A stretch of 64,000 bases of DNA from Squalus acanthias. Lineage: Eukaryota. Made by a program: the position numbers and the translations under genes. Below the pieces are notes generated by a model. The model had not been told where the DNA came from and ran no database searches. It was given only the letters and a program-made list of their open reading frames with translations. The number at the start of each line of letters is the position of its first letter. The stretch's first letter is position 1. This document shows positions 37,215 to 50,273 of the stretch, piece after piece. Location: positions 11,842,001 through 11,906,000 of the forward strand of contig CM059433.1 of NCBI GenBank assembly GCA_030390025.1, in the 5' to 3' direction.

Positions 37215-37630
37215 AAAAGAACTCGCGTTTCTATTGCACCTTCCGCGACCTCAGCACGTCCCAAAGCATTTCACAGCCAATGAATTTGTTTTGAAGTGTA
37301 GTCACTGTTGTAATGCAGGGAAATGCGGCACCAATTTACACTCGGCAAGGTCACAACGAAGGCATTGCCATAATTGATAAAAGATCATCTCTTTAATAAT
37401 GTTAGTTGGTGGATAAGTATTGGCCTCAGACACCAGGACAACTCCCCTGTTCTTCAAAATAGTGCTGCCATTCTCTTATGCCCATCTGAGAGGCTACACA
37501 GGGCCTGAATTTAACATTTCATCTGAGAAACAGCACCTCCAACAGTGCAGCAGTCTGGTGTGGGGGCTTCAACCCACAAGCTCTGACTCAGAGGCAAGAA
37601 TGCTACAACTGAGCCAAGAATGACACCTAG
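37215..37630 (-). mobile_element. Degraded DeuSINE
   Basis: Reverse complement of head (ttggctcagttgtagca) and tail, with an internal deletion. Confidence 0.75.
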
Positions 37631-37926
37631 CTCTTCCTTTCTTTTTACCTTTGAATCTTATACCATTATCATTTATTGGCTTTGCAATTCATATATTTTG
37701 TTAAAAACTGATCATGTCTGTCCTATTACAACTTTAGCACTGTAATAAATGAGGATATGCTTTCTATCTGTAGGTGAAAAAAGATAAAGTGCATTAGTAA
37801 GGATGATTGGAAGGTAAATTTCCAAAAAATAACTTGTCTCATAGTGTCCAGGACAGCTAGATGCTTGGGTCACCATTTTGAAAGGATGATATTTTGGATA
37901 TATTCAGAAATCTCCCTGGCTCTACA

Positions 37927-38316
37927 GGGTGGTGGTGGGGGGGGGGGGGGGGAATGGAGGGGGGTTGGGGAGGGTGGGGGGGGCGTTGGTGGGGGGGTTG
38001 GGGGGGGGCATGTGGTGGGGGGGTAGGTGGGGGGCATGTTGTGGGGGGGTTGGGGAGGGTGGGGGGGCATTGGGGGGGTTGGGGAGGGTGGGGGGGCGCG
38101 TTGTGGGGGGTTGGGGTAGCCAGGGGGGGGGTTGGGGGGGTGGGGGGGGGCGCGTTGTGGGGGGTTGGGGTGGGGGAGGGGGGGGCATTGTGGGGGGTTG
38201 GGGGCGGTGTGAAGGGGGTGTGGGGGGGAGGGGGTTGGGGTGGGGGAGGGGGCGTTGTGGGGGGTTGGGGGGCGGTGTGAGGGGGTGTGGGGGGGAGGGG
38301 GTTGGGGGGGGGAGTG
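37927..38316 (+). repeat. G-rich minisatellite / low-complexity tract
   Basis: Degenerate ~28-30 bp units of ggggggttggggagggtgggggggcgttgt. Confidence 0.9.
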
Positions 38317-38602
38317 GGAACAGGTGTCTGGCCAAAGGAACAAGAGAATGCAAACCAAATATGGGGTCAGGAAATAAGAGTATTTCAAGGCCTGTAGCGA
38401 ATCCATACTCACCACATGTTCTGACAATCTATTTCAGAGGCTGATGATTGTAACAAGAAACACTTGGTACCATCTAGCCTAACTCCATATCTTGTAGTGA
38501 TGCCCATTAGTTCTCCCCTTCCTTTATAGCTCAAATAACATATCCACTCAAACAGAATCCATTCTAAAGACCTCAATGATATCACCTTACTTCAAAGTCT
38601 AT

Positions 38603-39563
38603 GGCCGGAATTTTCCCCTAAAAAAAAGGGTGGGTTTGGAGCGTGGGGGCAGTTAAATTGTTAAAAATGGGATTCCCGACCTGATCCTGCCTACAAACCC
38701 GCCCACTTCCGGTTTTGCCGGGGGCGGGCAGCCAACCTACTGCCAGGGGGTATTACCTTAATTTAAATATTGTAATGAGGCTGGAAGCCTCTTTTTTTTC
38801 ACCTCCATTTTGTGTTTAACTGCCTGTGGACGGGTTTCACACAATTCGTGAAACCCGGCAGTTAAAGCGAGGCGGGGGCCGGTGCATCCAGGAGGTTAGT
38901 GGCTTTATACCCACCTCCTGGATCCAGGGTCCCTGCCTAACCCACCCCCCACGATCGGAGACCCCCTACCCCCCAGGCCTCCGATTCCCACCAGAAGGCC
39001 TCCCCACCAACCCACCGATGATGTTGAAGCCGGCCATAATCCTCCGGTGTCCAGCCCCGATCCTCCCTCCTCTCCTGAACGATGCTCCAGCTGACACCCA
39101 TTGCCGATCCTCGATCCTCCGATCACTGGCTGACCCACTCCCCACCCCCCGCCAATCCCCAATCCCACCAATCCCCGGCCGCCACCCCCCTCCCCGATCC
39201 TCCAACCGCCCATCCCCCACCGATCACCGATCTTCTGGTCGACCCCTGACAGCCCCCCCCCCCCCACGCGATCCCCGAGGCAGCCGTTCTCCGACACCGC
39301 CGCCCCCCCCCCCCCCCCCCCCCCTGCCGCGATCCATCCCCTGGACCGACCCCTCGCTCCCTCTCTGCAGCTGAGGCCTACCCGCCCACAGCCAGCCAGC
39401 CTCTCAAGCTGGCTGGCTGCGGGCGGGAATCCGAGGCCTCACATTCAAATCAGTCCCTGCCGTTAAAGTTGGCCGGGCCTGGGGTAAGCCTGCCCTCCCG
39501 GGTTTCCCGACTGCCTCGGAGGCCCCCTGCCCCCAACCCGCCTCCCTTGAGAAAATTCCGGCC
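38603..39563. mobile_element. Harbinger-like MITE
   Basis: 13-bp perfect TIR ggccggaattttc...gaaaattccggcc, TSD tat/tat. Confidence 0.9.
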
Positions 39564-39629
39564 TATGCTTTTGTGAAAAAGCCCCAGTTCCCTGAAGATA
39601 TTCTGATGCTAAGAGCCCGAAGGCTCACT

Positions 39630-39875
39630 CTGGTGGATTCCTTCTCTGAACCTTCTCCAGGGCCTCAACATCCCCCACTCATGTGGGGGCCAAAACTGAG
39701 CAACAGTATTCTAGATGTGGCCGTACCAAGGCCTTGTGTAAGGCAAGTATAAATAGTATTTTATATTTAACGGTCCAGGCTATACACTCCAACACTCCAT
39801 TAATTTTCTCTACACCTTTGCAACACTGGTCATGGACCTTCAAATGTTTCATGAACTATGATCCCCAGGTCACCT
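39630..39875 (-). mobile_element. Old CR1 RT fragment
   Basis: Reverse strand reads ALVRPHLEYCCSVL, similar to the CR1 RPHLEYCVQFW motif. Confidence 0.65.
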
Positions 39876-40159
39876 GAAAAACCAGCGGCCAGCAGTTGAC
39901 AATTGAGGGTCGAGGGGCTGGGGGGGGGGGGGGGCGGGGTGCGGATACCTGAGCCACCCACTGACACCCAAGGCCCGTCTGATGCAATTTTAAAGCAAGC
40001 CTATAAATAAGTGAGCAGCACACCCACGGATTTCTGGTGGGAGGCTGCTTAACTGTGCAAAACAGGGTCTTACATCAGTTCCCATTTTCAGGTACAAATG
40101 GATGCAGAGTGATCCAACCAGTGGTCCTTAAAGGGACCGGTGGTGGCTGCTTCAGAAAA

Positions 40160-41330
40160 GGGGGGTGATTTTCTCAGTGGGGAGCTTTTGAAGGCGGGAT
40201 TCCCACTTGTCGGGTTTCAGTCCCGCCTCCATCAACTTCTGGCCAACCCACGCTATTTTCCCTTGATTGACCTTGTTAAGCCCGCCCAGCGGGTTTAGCA
40301 GGCCAATTAAGGGAAAGCCGGTTGCAGAGAACGTCAACGTATGATGTTTCATCTGTCAAAAATTTTTGACAGATAAATTGTCATCGTTTGACGGCTCTGT
40401 GAAGCTGTCAAACACTGACATTCTCTGTAGTTTGATGAGTTCTTGAATTCAAAACTCATCAAACTTCTTTCTTTTGTAGAAATTAGATGGTTGTTGCATT
40501 GGAGAATGCAACGGCCATCTGTCATCTCTACCGCGGAGGTGCGAGACTCTCCGCATCCCCACCGACTGAAGCCTGCAGGAAAAAACAAAGGTAAGTACAC
40601 TTTTACGAACACTTTGCACTTACCTCAGATACTCCCCTCTCCACACTTGCACCCATCACTCACCTCCACAGCGCACTTTTGGACCCCTCCGACCCCCGCA
40701 GACCCACTGCTCGCCTCGCTGACCCTGGCGGGTTTCGGAGCCTTCGGGAAGCCCGCACTTTTGAGGGCAAAAAGGGGATAATCCTCTTTTCTGCCTGTTA
40801 ACTACCTGTTAACAGGCAATTAAGTGGATGTAATCCCTTCCCTTCTCCGAGGAGATGGGACCCGGCGCGGGACGGCTACCCGCCTCCTGGCAAGATGGCA
40901 CGGAGGCGGGTTGGGCACCCGCCCCCAGATTCTGTCATTTTCCAGCAGTTCCACCTCCAAACCCACCTCCCCAGGGCTGGCAAGATCGCGTCCAAGGTAC
41001 AAATATTTCACTGGGAGAAATGTTTTCACACCAGGAGGATCACTGCTGGCTCCACAAAAATACAGCAGGCTGCTGCGGCCTGCGCTCGTCCCCCTCTCTG
41101 GAATCATTTACCCACCCCCGGCCCAATCTTCTGGCTAGCTCAGCATTGGAGACAGCCAAATTCCCACTCTCCAGCAACCAGCGAGCTGCAGCTTAGCGCC
41201 CACAACTCAACGCCAGCACTCAAATGAGCCCCAAAGCTGAAAATGGCTCGGGCCTCCCGACGCTGGCTTCGGGCAGATCGCAGGCTCCTGCTTTGTACCT
41301 GTTTCTGGTGAAAGTCAAAAATCAACCCCC
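40160..41330. mobile_element. Harbinger-related non-autonomous element (possibly composite)
   Basis: Ends gggggtgatttt / aaaatcaaccccc; 40265-40320 resembles the reverse complement of 6040-6095 in the Myb-bearing Harbinger. Confidence 0.6.
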
Positions 41331-41742
41331 TGCCCCTCACCCCCCCTCCCCCCCCCCCTCACTCAAACGTCCCCATTCTGGCACCATTTAATCCATGAAA
41401 TACTGTATTTGGAGCTCTCGAAAACCAACCCCATTACAGTTGTACCTGTTTTTTTGTAAATCGCGTAATTGCAATTTCCGTTTTAACACAACTACTGTAA
41501 TTCCAAAGTCCCGTTTTTCCCTCTATACTTCCAAGTGTGAAACATTTCTTTTATTGCAATTCTATTTATTGTACTTCCCATTTATATACAAGATGTGGCA
41601 GGCAGAAATCCCACTTTAACGAAACCTGTCACTTTTGAGCCTGAGGCTTTCACCTCTCAATCTGATTGAGTTCAGTGGGCAACGTGCCTAAGAAGCAGGT
41701 TGACCTGGTTATCACCTGTTAGTGTTGTGTGGTGAGGGAGGA

Positions 41743-42053
41743 ATGGAAGTCGAATTTTAGGTGGCTCATCAAAAGAAGTACTGTGACTTGTCGCTGCGCA
41801 AGCACGTGGACGTTAGGAACAGTTTGAACGAAGTCGAGGATTCAAAAGCTGGTCGCACAGAAGCATGGCATTTCTGAGTCTCAGGTTTCTAGAATTCTGA
41901 AAATAAAAATGGACATCTTGAAGTACTGGCAAGAGTGAAAATAAGATGGCCAGTGTTGATGGCGTTCCGCTTAGCTGGTTTAATCATAAAAGATATCTAC
42001 CCAACTATATTTACAAGTGTGACGAGATCGGACTTTTTTATTGTGCCCGACAA
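41743..42053 (+). pseudogene. Tigger/pogo (CENP-B-like) transposase relic with internal deletions
   Basis: QKLVAQKHGISESQVSRILKIKMDIL (psq-type HTH), VDGVPLSWFN (second HTH) and YIYKCDEIGLF (N.DETGLF start of the DDE domain) in collinear order. Confidence 0.72.
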
Positions 42054-42074
42054 AATGTGAACAGTCTGGCTTAA

Positions 42075-44060
42075 CCTGAGTCAGTGGCCAGGGAGGGGGA
42101 TGGAAGTGCTGGCGAGAGAACAGAGTTTATGGCGGGGGTGGGGGGTGGGGGGGGGGGGGCGAAGACAAAGGCTTCGGTCTTCCTAATGCTTAACGGGAGG
42201 AAATTGCAGTTCATTCAAGACTGGATGTCGGACAAGCAGTGTGACAGGTTAGAGGCAGTGCAGGTGTTGAGAGAGGTGGTAGTGAGGTAGAGCTGGGTTT
42301 CATCAGTGTGCATATGGAAGCTGACCCTATGCCTACAGCTGAAGCCATCAAGGGGCAGAACAGAGATGAGGAAGAGGACAGATCCTTGGGTGACTCCAGA
42401 GGTAATGTGGAGGAGGGATTCTACTGCTGGAGGTGCTCTGGCTACGATTTGATAGTTAAGTGTGGAACTAAGCCAAGGTAGTCTCACTGAGCTGGACAAC
42501 GGAGGAGAAGTGTTGGAGAAAGGTGGCCTGCTCACTCATTTCAAGGGCTGCAGAGGTCAAGGAGGACAAGTGGGAAAACGCACCCCGATCACAGTCACAA
42601 TCACAGCCAATGAGAATGTAATTTGTGACTCTAATTACTGCCCACAGATTTGGGAGACATAACATGTTCAAGGACTTTGGAGAGGAAAGGGAGTTGGAGA
42701 TGAGGTTGTAATTTGCAAGGACAGACGGATCAAGGGTGAGTTTTTTGAGGAGGAGGGTGCTGCCGGTTGTTATGTAAAGGAAGGGAGACAGTACCCGAGG
42801 AGAGAGAACCATTTACAATGTCAGCTAGCATCGGGGCCAGGAAGGGAAGTTGGGTGGTCAGCAGTTTAGTGGAAATAGGGTTAAGAAAGAAAGAAAGACT
42901 TGCATTTATATAGCGCCTTTCACGACCACCGGACATCTCAAAGCGCTTTACAGCCAATGAAGTACTTTTGAAGTGGAGTCACTGTTGTGATGTGGGAGTC
43001 ACTGTTGTAATTAAGGGAGCAGGAGGTGGACTTCATAGACAAGGTGAGCTCAGGGAGGACATGAGGAGAGATAGGAGAGAAACTAGAGAAAGACTTGGGT
43101 TCAGGGCTATGGCAGTCGGGAACCTTGGGGGAAGTTTGACTTGGTGGGCAAGGGGAAAGGCCAGGAAGCAACAGAGGCAGCTGAACAGATGGTCTTAATC
43201 TTGGTAACGAAGAAGTCTAAGAGCTCCTTGCAAAACGAAAATACTGCAGATGCTGGAAATCTGAAATAAAAACAGAAAATGCTGGAGACACTCAGCAGGT
43301 CAGGCAGCATCTGTGGAGAGAGAAACAGAGTTAACGTTTCAGGTCGATGACCAGTTCTGACGAAAGGTCATCGACCTGAAATGTTAACTCTGTTTCTCTC
43401 TTCACAGATGCTGCCTGACCGGCTGAGTGTCTCCAGCATTTTCTGTTTTTATTTAAGAGCTCCTTGCACTTGTTGTTAGAGGTGAGGGTGGAGGAGACAG
43501 GAAAGATGGGTTTAAGGAGACAGTTTGTAGTGCAGAAAAGAAGCTGGTGGATAGTGATGCTCTCCAGGATCCTGGAATAGTCAATGGTTTGGGCAGAGGA
43601 GAGTGAAGCCCGATAGTGTGGTCCAGCCAGATTTTCAGGGTGGATGGCTACACCACTTAAGCACCAGATACACTCAAGGATGCACCCCTTAGACTTGAGG
43701 GAGTGAAAATGGGAGTCATACCAGGGGCAACAACCAGGATGGGAGAGAGTAAAGGTTTTACTGGGGACAATGGCATCAAAAATGGAGGTGAGGGAGTGGT
43801 TAAGCAGATCAACAACTGTAGAAATATTGAGGCAAATGGAAGGCCTAAGGTTGGGAAGTTGAGAGTTTGAAAGTGCAGTTGTAAGTAACTTGAGTGAGAT
43901 TGTTTTCAGGGGCAGACACAGAAGGAAGTGGGGTTGGAAGCAGGTAGGGGGTGTGGGTGGAAGAAAGTGGTCGGAGATGCCTTGTCTATGGTCAAGACCA
44001 TGGGAGTAGAGAGGCCACGTGAGGTGCCAAAGTTGAAGGGCTGACCGTAAATATTGGTAG
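42075..44060 (-). mobile_element. Degraded L2 LINE with nested DeuSINE tail (~42885-42990) and Penelope palindrome
   Basis: GVTQGSVL, FHMHTDETQLYL, ISTKLLTTQLPFLAPMLADIVNGS. Confidence 0.82.
43233..43453. mobile_element. Palindromic Penelope terminal-repeat insertion (family B) with hammerhead motif at 43353-43389
   Basis: Inverted arms of ~90 bp; 15-bp TSD taagagctccttgca (43218-43232, 43454-43468). Confidence 0.88.
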
Positions 44061-44649
44061 GATCTCCGCCTGATTTTCCATCCGTGCCAATCAGAAAACG
44101 AGTCCTATATGGTATTGGTTTCCCATCTTATGATTGTATTCATTGCTGTGTGGAAAACTATTCCAGGATGTTTCGAATGAGGGTCTCAAGTTTTCAGCTT
44201 CTGTCTTGATTTCTCCTCCAGGAACTACTATGCTGCTGGATTTAAAGGGAACATCACACTCAAAATTGGTTTGGCGGTGGATCTGAACTGTTTCTACTTG
44301 AAGAATATCTGAAGAGGTCTGCGGGGAGGGCAGAGAGCCCCGTAATTCACAGATGAAGCTCTACCAATGCTTTTGGATGGATTTAGGCAGAGGACAGAGG
44401 CAGGCACTGTTTAGTTCAGCGCAATATAGACTCACAAGAAGAGCAACTCAGCAGCCATGGCAGAAGGTGCCCAGGGCAGTTAATGCTAATATGACCACCC
44501 AAACACAAAACTTTATGTCAAAAAAGGTTTCGTTACCTTTCCAGGGACACCAAGGTAAGGGAAGACAACCGTACCTTCCAAGAATGCACTGTACTAAGCA
44601 CGGTAGCCACACTGAGTGACCTCCCTTACTCAGTAGTAAAGTGTTTGAA

Positions 44650-46238
44650 TTGCCGAGCATAGCGCAGCATCCTCTACACGCCCAGCCTTCCTCTGGAAGT
44701 TTTCCACCCTACGTAAACTTGAGGTCATCCAAAACTCGGCTGCCCGTGTCCTAACTCGCACCAAGTCCCGTTTGCCCATCGCCCCTGTGCTTGCTGACCT
44801 ACATTGGCTCCCGGTTAAGCAGCGCCTCGATTTCAAAATTCTCATCCTCGTTTTCAAATCCCTCCATGGCCTCGCCCCTTCCTATCTCTGTAATCTCCTT
44901 CAGCCCCACAACCCCCCCTGAGATATCTGCGCTTGTTTATGGCGGTTCGTGTCTGCCGTATCCCGTACGCGGTAGAGGACTTCAATGGGTCTCTGGTCAG
45001 TCTTCGCGAGTCCGCTGATGCGGTAGGATGTCGTTATGGATTTATCTGGTGAGTACCCAATTTCTTTTGGTTAGCGATAGGGTTTAGAGTCTTTGGGAAA
45101 ATCTTACCCAGGGGTAAGTCAGGAGTAGATTGTAGAGTGGAAACTTTGCGGTTCTTCGGGTTTTCTTCCCTTGAGTTGGTCTTTGTTGGTCGCGGTGGCC
45201 TGCTATTACCCGGTCAGTTGGGGGTAATGTGCGGTTGTTGGTTTCTTGAGGCCTTTGGTTTCCGCGATGGTTTTAGGCCTTGTCTAGTGTGTCGGTCGAC
45301 CTTGTGGAGCCGTCGGTGACTTGTTGCTGCTTGTTGCTCCGGGTGACTGTGTTGGGACCGTTGTTGGAGGTCCGTCGAGGTGGTATCTTCACGAGCTGGA
45401 CTCAGGTGTGTCTGAGTGGTGAGCGATGCCGAATCGCTTCCAGCTCGGCATGTCTTCTTCCTTTTTTGAACTGCTTCACGGGCCTTCAATTATACTAAAT
45501 TGAAGTGGCCTTATCTGCCCGCCAAATCTGCTCAGTCCATTATCTGGTTTTGGCGGGCTCGTTAACGGTAATGACTTTACTAGCATGTTAACTGGTTTTT
45601 AACAGGCCTTCAATCTCACCCATTGAACATGGCCTTATCTGTGCGCCAAATCTGTTCGGTTCTTTGTCTGATTTTGGCGGGCTAGTTACCAGTAACTGTT
45701 CTGTAAGTGTCAAATGGCTTTTGGGATGGCTTGCATCCTGTCGATCTCCTTGGTTGATCACTGGTGATTGATTTTGTGTTTGGTTTTCTAGGCTGGACTC
45801 AGTCTTTCTATAGAATGGTCCTGAGTGGGTTTTATTATGCATGTTTCTGATGGGCCCTGTAATCGGTTTTGATGGGGCCTGTATTTTGGGTGGGACTGCT
45901 CTTTCCCTGGGTCTATTGTTCAAATGTTAATGTCTGCTCTAATTCTGCCCTCTTGAGGATCCCTGATTATAATCGCTCAACCTTTGGTGGCCGTGCCTTC
46001 TGTTGCCTAGGCCCTAAGCTCTGGAATTCCCTGCCTAAACCTCTCCACCTCGCTAATTCTCTTTCCTCCTTTAAGATGCTCCTTAAAACCTATCTCTTTG
46101 ACCAAGCTTTTGGTCACCTGCCCTAATTTATCCTTATGTGGCTCGGTGTCAAATTTTTTGTCTTAAAATACTTCTGTGCAGCGCCTTGTGATGTTTTACT
46201 ACGTTAAAGGCGCTATATAAATACAAGTTGTTGTTGTT
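44650..46238 (+). mobile_element. L2 3' region split by a ~1-kb insertion
   Basis: ...gagatatctgcgct | ctctaattctgccctcttg... is continuous across the insert; (gtt)n tail. Confidence 0.85.
44934..45930 (-). mobile_element. Unclassified LTR-like insertion
   Basis: Splits an L2; starts tgtt on plus (ends ...aaca on minus); internal ~95-bp direct duplication (45481-45575 / 45605-45695); no TSD resolved. Confidence 0.45.
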
Positions 46239-46504
46239 CTTCTTCTTTCACTCATAGCCACATGTGTAATTGCCATCACCAATCAAAAACCTCATTGATT
46301 GTTTGATGTATGCATGTGTCATGACACACATTATGGGCTGCATACTGACATTGGGTTCTACTGCATGGCACCATAGAAGTTTACAGCACAGAAGGAGGAA
46401 GTTCAGCCCATTGTGTCTGTACTGGCTCTTTGCTCGAGCAATCCAAAATGCTGCCTCCTGGGCATCTCATGGTCATCAAAGGTAATTCTCACTTTTTTTC
46501 CTCA

Positions 46505-49500
46505 AAGAAACTAATGATGAGGGGGAGGGAGAGGATTCAGGAAAGAGTAAATTTAAAAGCAGCGAGAAAAATGTCAAGGCTCTAGAGCAGAGCAGAGATT
46601 TGGGTAAAAATAAGCAGAGTGGGTCAGGAAGGGACAGAGAGAGTAACAAAGGTAATACGGCATCAATGACTAAGTTGATGTCAGGGAAAAATATAAATAA
46701 GTCAAAGCTAAAGGCACGATAACTGAATGAGCGAAGCATTCTCAACAAAATAGATGAATTAATAGCGCAGATAGAAATGAACAGGTTTGATCTAATAGCC
46801 ATAACGGAGACGTGGTTACAAAGTGGCGAAGGTTGGGAACTAAATATTCCAGGATACTTAACTTTTAGAAGAGATAGACAAAATGGAAAAGGAGGAGGGG
46901 TAGCCATGATAATAAAGGATGGGATGAAGACAGTAGAAAGGATCTTAGCTCCGAAAATCAAGAATTAGAATCAGTTTGGGTAAAGCTAAGAAACGACAAG
47001 GGGCAGAAAACATTGGTGGGAGTTGTTTATAGGCCCCCAAACAGTAGTTGCAATGTAGGGCAGAGTATAAATCAGGAAATTAGAGGCGCATGTAACAAGG
47101 GTAATACTGTAATCATGGGAGACTTTAATCTTCATATAGACTGGGCAAACCAAATTTGCAGTAATAGTGAGAAAGGACGAATTCATGGAATGTATGAAAG
47201 ATAGTTTTCTCGATCAGTATGTTGAGGAATCAACTAGGGAACAGGCTATTTTAGATCTAGTACTCTGCAATGAGAAAAGGTTAATTAATAACCTTGTAGT
47301 AAAGGGGCCTTTAGGGAAGAGTGACCATAATATGATAGAATTTTATACTGAGTTTAAAAGTGATTTAGTTAAATCCAAAACTAGGGTCTTAAATCTAAAC
47401 AAAGCAAACTACGTAGGTATGAGGGGCGAGTTGGCTAAGGAAGATTGGGAAACTACATTAAAAGGTATGACGGTAGACAAGCAATGGCTAGCATTTAAAG
47501 AATTAATACATAATTTACAACAAATATACATTCCTTTAAGGCACAAAAACCCCACAGGAAAAGTGGTCTAACCGTGGCTAACAAGAGAAGTTAAAGATAG
47601 TATTAGATCAAAGGAAGAGGCTTATAATGCTGCCAAAAAGAGTAGTAAGCCTGAGGATTGGGAGGATTTTAGAATTCAGCAAAAAAGACCAAGAAATTGA
47701 TAAAGAAAGGGAAAATAGAATATGAGAGTAAACTAGCGAGAGACATAAAAACAGACTGTAAAAGCTTCTATAGGTATGTAAAAAGGAAAAGATTTGCGAA
47801 AGTAAATGTGGGTCCCTTACAGGCTGAGACAGAAGAAATTATAATGGGGAATAAGGAAATGGCAGAGAAATTAAACAAATACTTTGTGTCTGTCTTCATG
47901 AAAGAAGAGGCAAAAAACTATCCGGAGATCGTGGAAAAACAAGGCTCTAGCGAGAATGAGGAACTGAAAGAAATTAGTATCAGTAAAAAAATAGTACTGG
48001 AGAATTTAATGGGACTGAAAGCTGATAAATCTCCTGGACCTGATGGCCTGCATCCTAGGGTTTTAAAAGATGTGGCTATAAAGATAGTGGATGCATTGGT
48101 AGTCATTTTCCAAAATTCCATAGATTCTAAAATGGTTCCCGCGGATTGGAAGGTGGCAAATGTAACCCCACTATTTAAGAAAGGAGGGAGAGAGAAAATG
48201 GGGAACTACAGACCAGTTAGCCTGACATCAGTAGCAGGGAAAATGCTCGAATCTATTATTAAGGACGTGGTAACAGGGCACTTAGAAAATAATAATAGGA
48301 TTGAGCAGAGTCAACACGGATTTATGAAAGAGAAATCGTGTTTGACGAATCTGTTAGAGTTCTTTGAGGTTGTAACTAGCAGAATAGATAAGGGGGAAAC
48401 CAGTGGATGTGGTGTATTTGGATTTTCAGAAGGCATTCGATAAGGTGCCACACAAGAGGTTATTAAACAAAATTAGGGCTCATGGGATTGGGGGTAATAT
48501 ACTAGCATGGATTGAGGATTGGTTAATGGACAGAAAACAGAGAGTAGAAATAGACGGATCATTTTCAGGTTGGCAGGCTGGGGTACCGCAAGGATCAGTG
48601 CTTGGCCTCAGCTATTCACAATCTATATCAGTGATTTGGATGATGAGACCAAATGTAATATATCCAAATTTGCTGATAATACAAAGCTGGGTGGGAATGT
48701 AAGTTGTGAGGAGGATGCAAGGAGGCTTCAAGGGGTTATAGACAGGTTAAGTGAGTGGGCAAGAACATGGCAAATGGAATATAATGTGGAGAAATGTGAA
48801 GTTATCCACTTTGGTAGGAAAAATAGAAAAGCAGAGTATTTTTTAAATGGTGAGAGATTGGGAAATGTTGGTGTTCAGAGGGACCTGGGTGTCCTTGTAC
48901 AAGAATCACTGAAAGTTAACATGCAGGTACAGCAAGCAATTAGGAAAGCAAACGGTATGTTGGTCTTTTTTACAAGAGGATTTGAGTATAAGAGTAAAGA
49001 CGTCTTAATGCAATTGTATAGGTCCCTGGTGAGACCACACCTGGAGTATTGTGTACAATTTTGGTCTCCTTACCTAAGGAAGGATATACTTGCCATAGAG
49101 GGAGTGCAACAAAGGTTCACCAGACTGGTTCCTCGGATGGAGGGATTGTCCTATGAGGAGAGATTGAGTAGACTGGAGGGGAAAAATTGAGTCATGCCCC
49201 CTTTGGGGTGCTAACTTCGCCGGGGCGCTACTTTTAGTGTCCCGAAAAAATTAACGCCCCCCTGGCCGAAATTCATCGGTAGCGCCTCAAGAGGGAAGCG
49301 GAGCACTACTGGAAGCGCACCCCCTCCCTCTTGGGGCGCTGCGAGTGAATATCGCGGCGCTACGTGCCACAGCGCCACGCTCTGTGGTACGTCGCGCCGC
49401 GGTACTGCAGGCCTTCCTCCCCTTCTTAAAGGGGAGGGGCCTAGTACAGTGTGACCCAGTGCCCAGCTGGGCCACCAGGGATCGGAGTGCCGGCAAAAGA

Positions 49501-50273
49501 GCCCGGCACTCAAGAGAAGTGCCGGGCTCACGAAGCACAGCCGGCACTTCGCATGGGGGCTTCAGAGGAGGCCGGGGACGGCAGAGTGGGCAGATGCTGG
49601 CAGGCGGCCAGCAACAAAAATGGCCACCTGGCACCTCCCCTTTAATTTGCGCCGCCCCGGCCGCAGGTTGGCCCCCCTGACCCCGTCGGACATAGCGTCC
49701 GGTGGTAAATCAGGGGGCGCTACCAAGATCGCGAGCGGGCCGCTAACGGTTGCAGCCACCACTAACCTCCCGCTGAATTTCGCGGGAGGTGTTGGCGGCG
49801 CCGCGCCCAGGCGCTCGTTGCTTTGCATCCCAACTGAATTTTTAGGCTTAGGCCTATATTCTCCAGAGTTTAGAAGAATGAGAGGTGATCTCATTGAAAC
49901 ATGCAAAATTCTTACAGGGCTTGACAGGGTAGATGCAGGGAGGATGTTTCCCCTGGCTGGGGAGTCTAGAACCAGGGGTCAGAGTCTCAGAATAAGGGGT
50001 CGGCCATTTAGGACTGAGATGAGGAGAAATTTCTTCACTCAGAGGGTGGTGAACCTTTGGAATTCTCTACCCCAGAGAGCAGTGGAGGCTCAATCATTGA
50101 GTATATTCAAGACAGAGATCAATAGATTTTTGAATATTAAGGAAATCAAGGGATATGGGGATAGTGCAGGAAAGTGGAGATGAGGTAGAAGATCAGCCAT
50201 GATCTTATTGAATGGTGGAGCAGGCTCGAAGGGCCAAATGGCCTACTCCTGCTCCTATTTTTTATGTTCTTAT
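46505..50273 (+). mobile_element. CR1 LINE with near-complete but disrupted ORF2 (APE endonuclease + RT)
   Basis: IAITETWL, VGVVYRPP, IMGDFN, SDHNMI, KSPGPDGLHP, NYRPVSLTS, YLDFQKAFDKVPH, KFADNTK; several stops and frameshifts; 3' UTR tail. Confidence 0.96.
49178..49847. mobile_element. CpG-rich MITE nested in CR1
   Basis: CR1 reading ERLSRL|GLYS resumes at ~49851; ends ggggaaaaatt / aatttttaggc; ggcgcta motifs shared with 62276-62911. Confidence 0.72.

Noticed and set aside
37844-38444. Pro-rich and Gly-rich ORFs
   Set aside because: Translations of the G-rich minisatellite, open in several frames on both strands.
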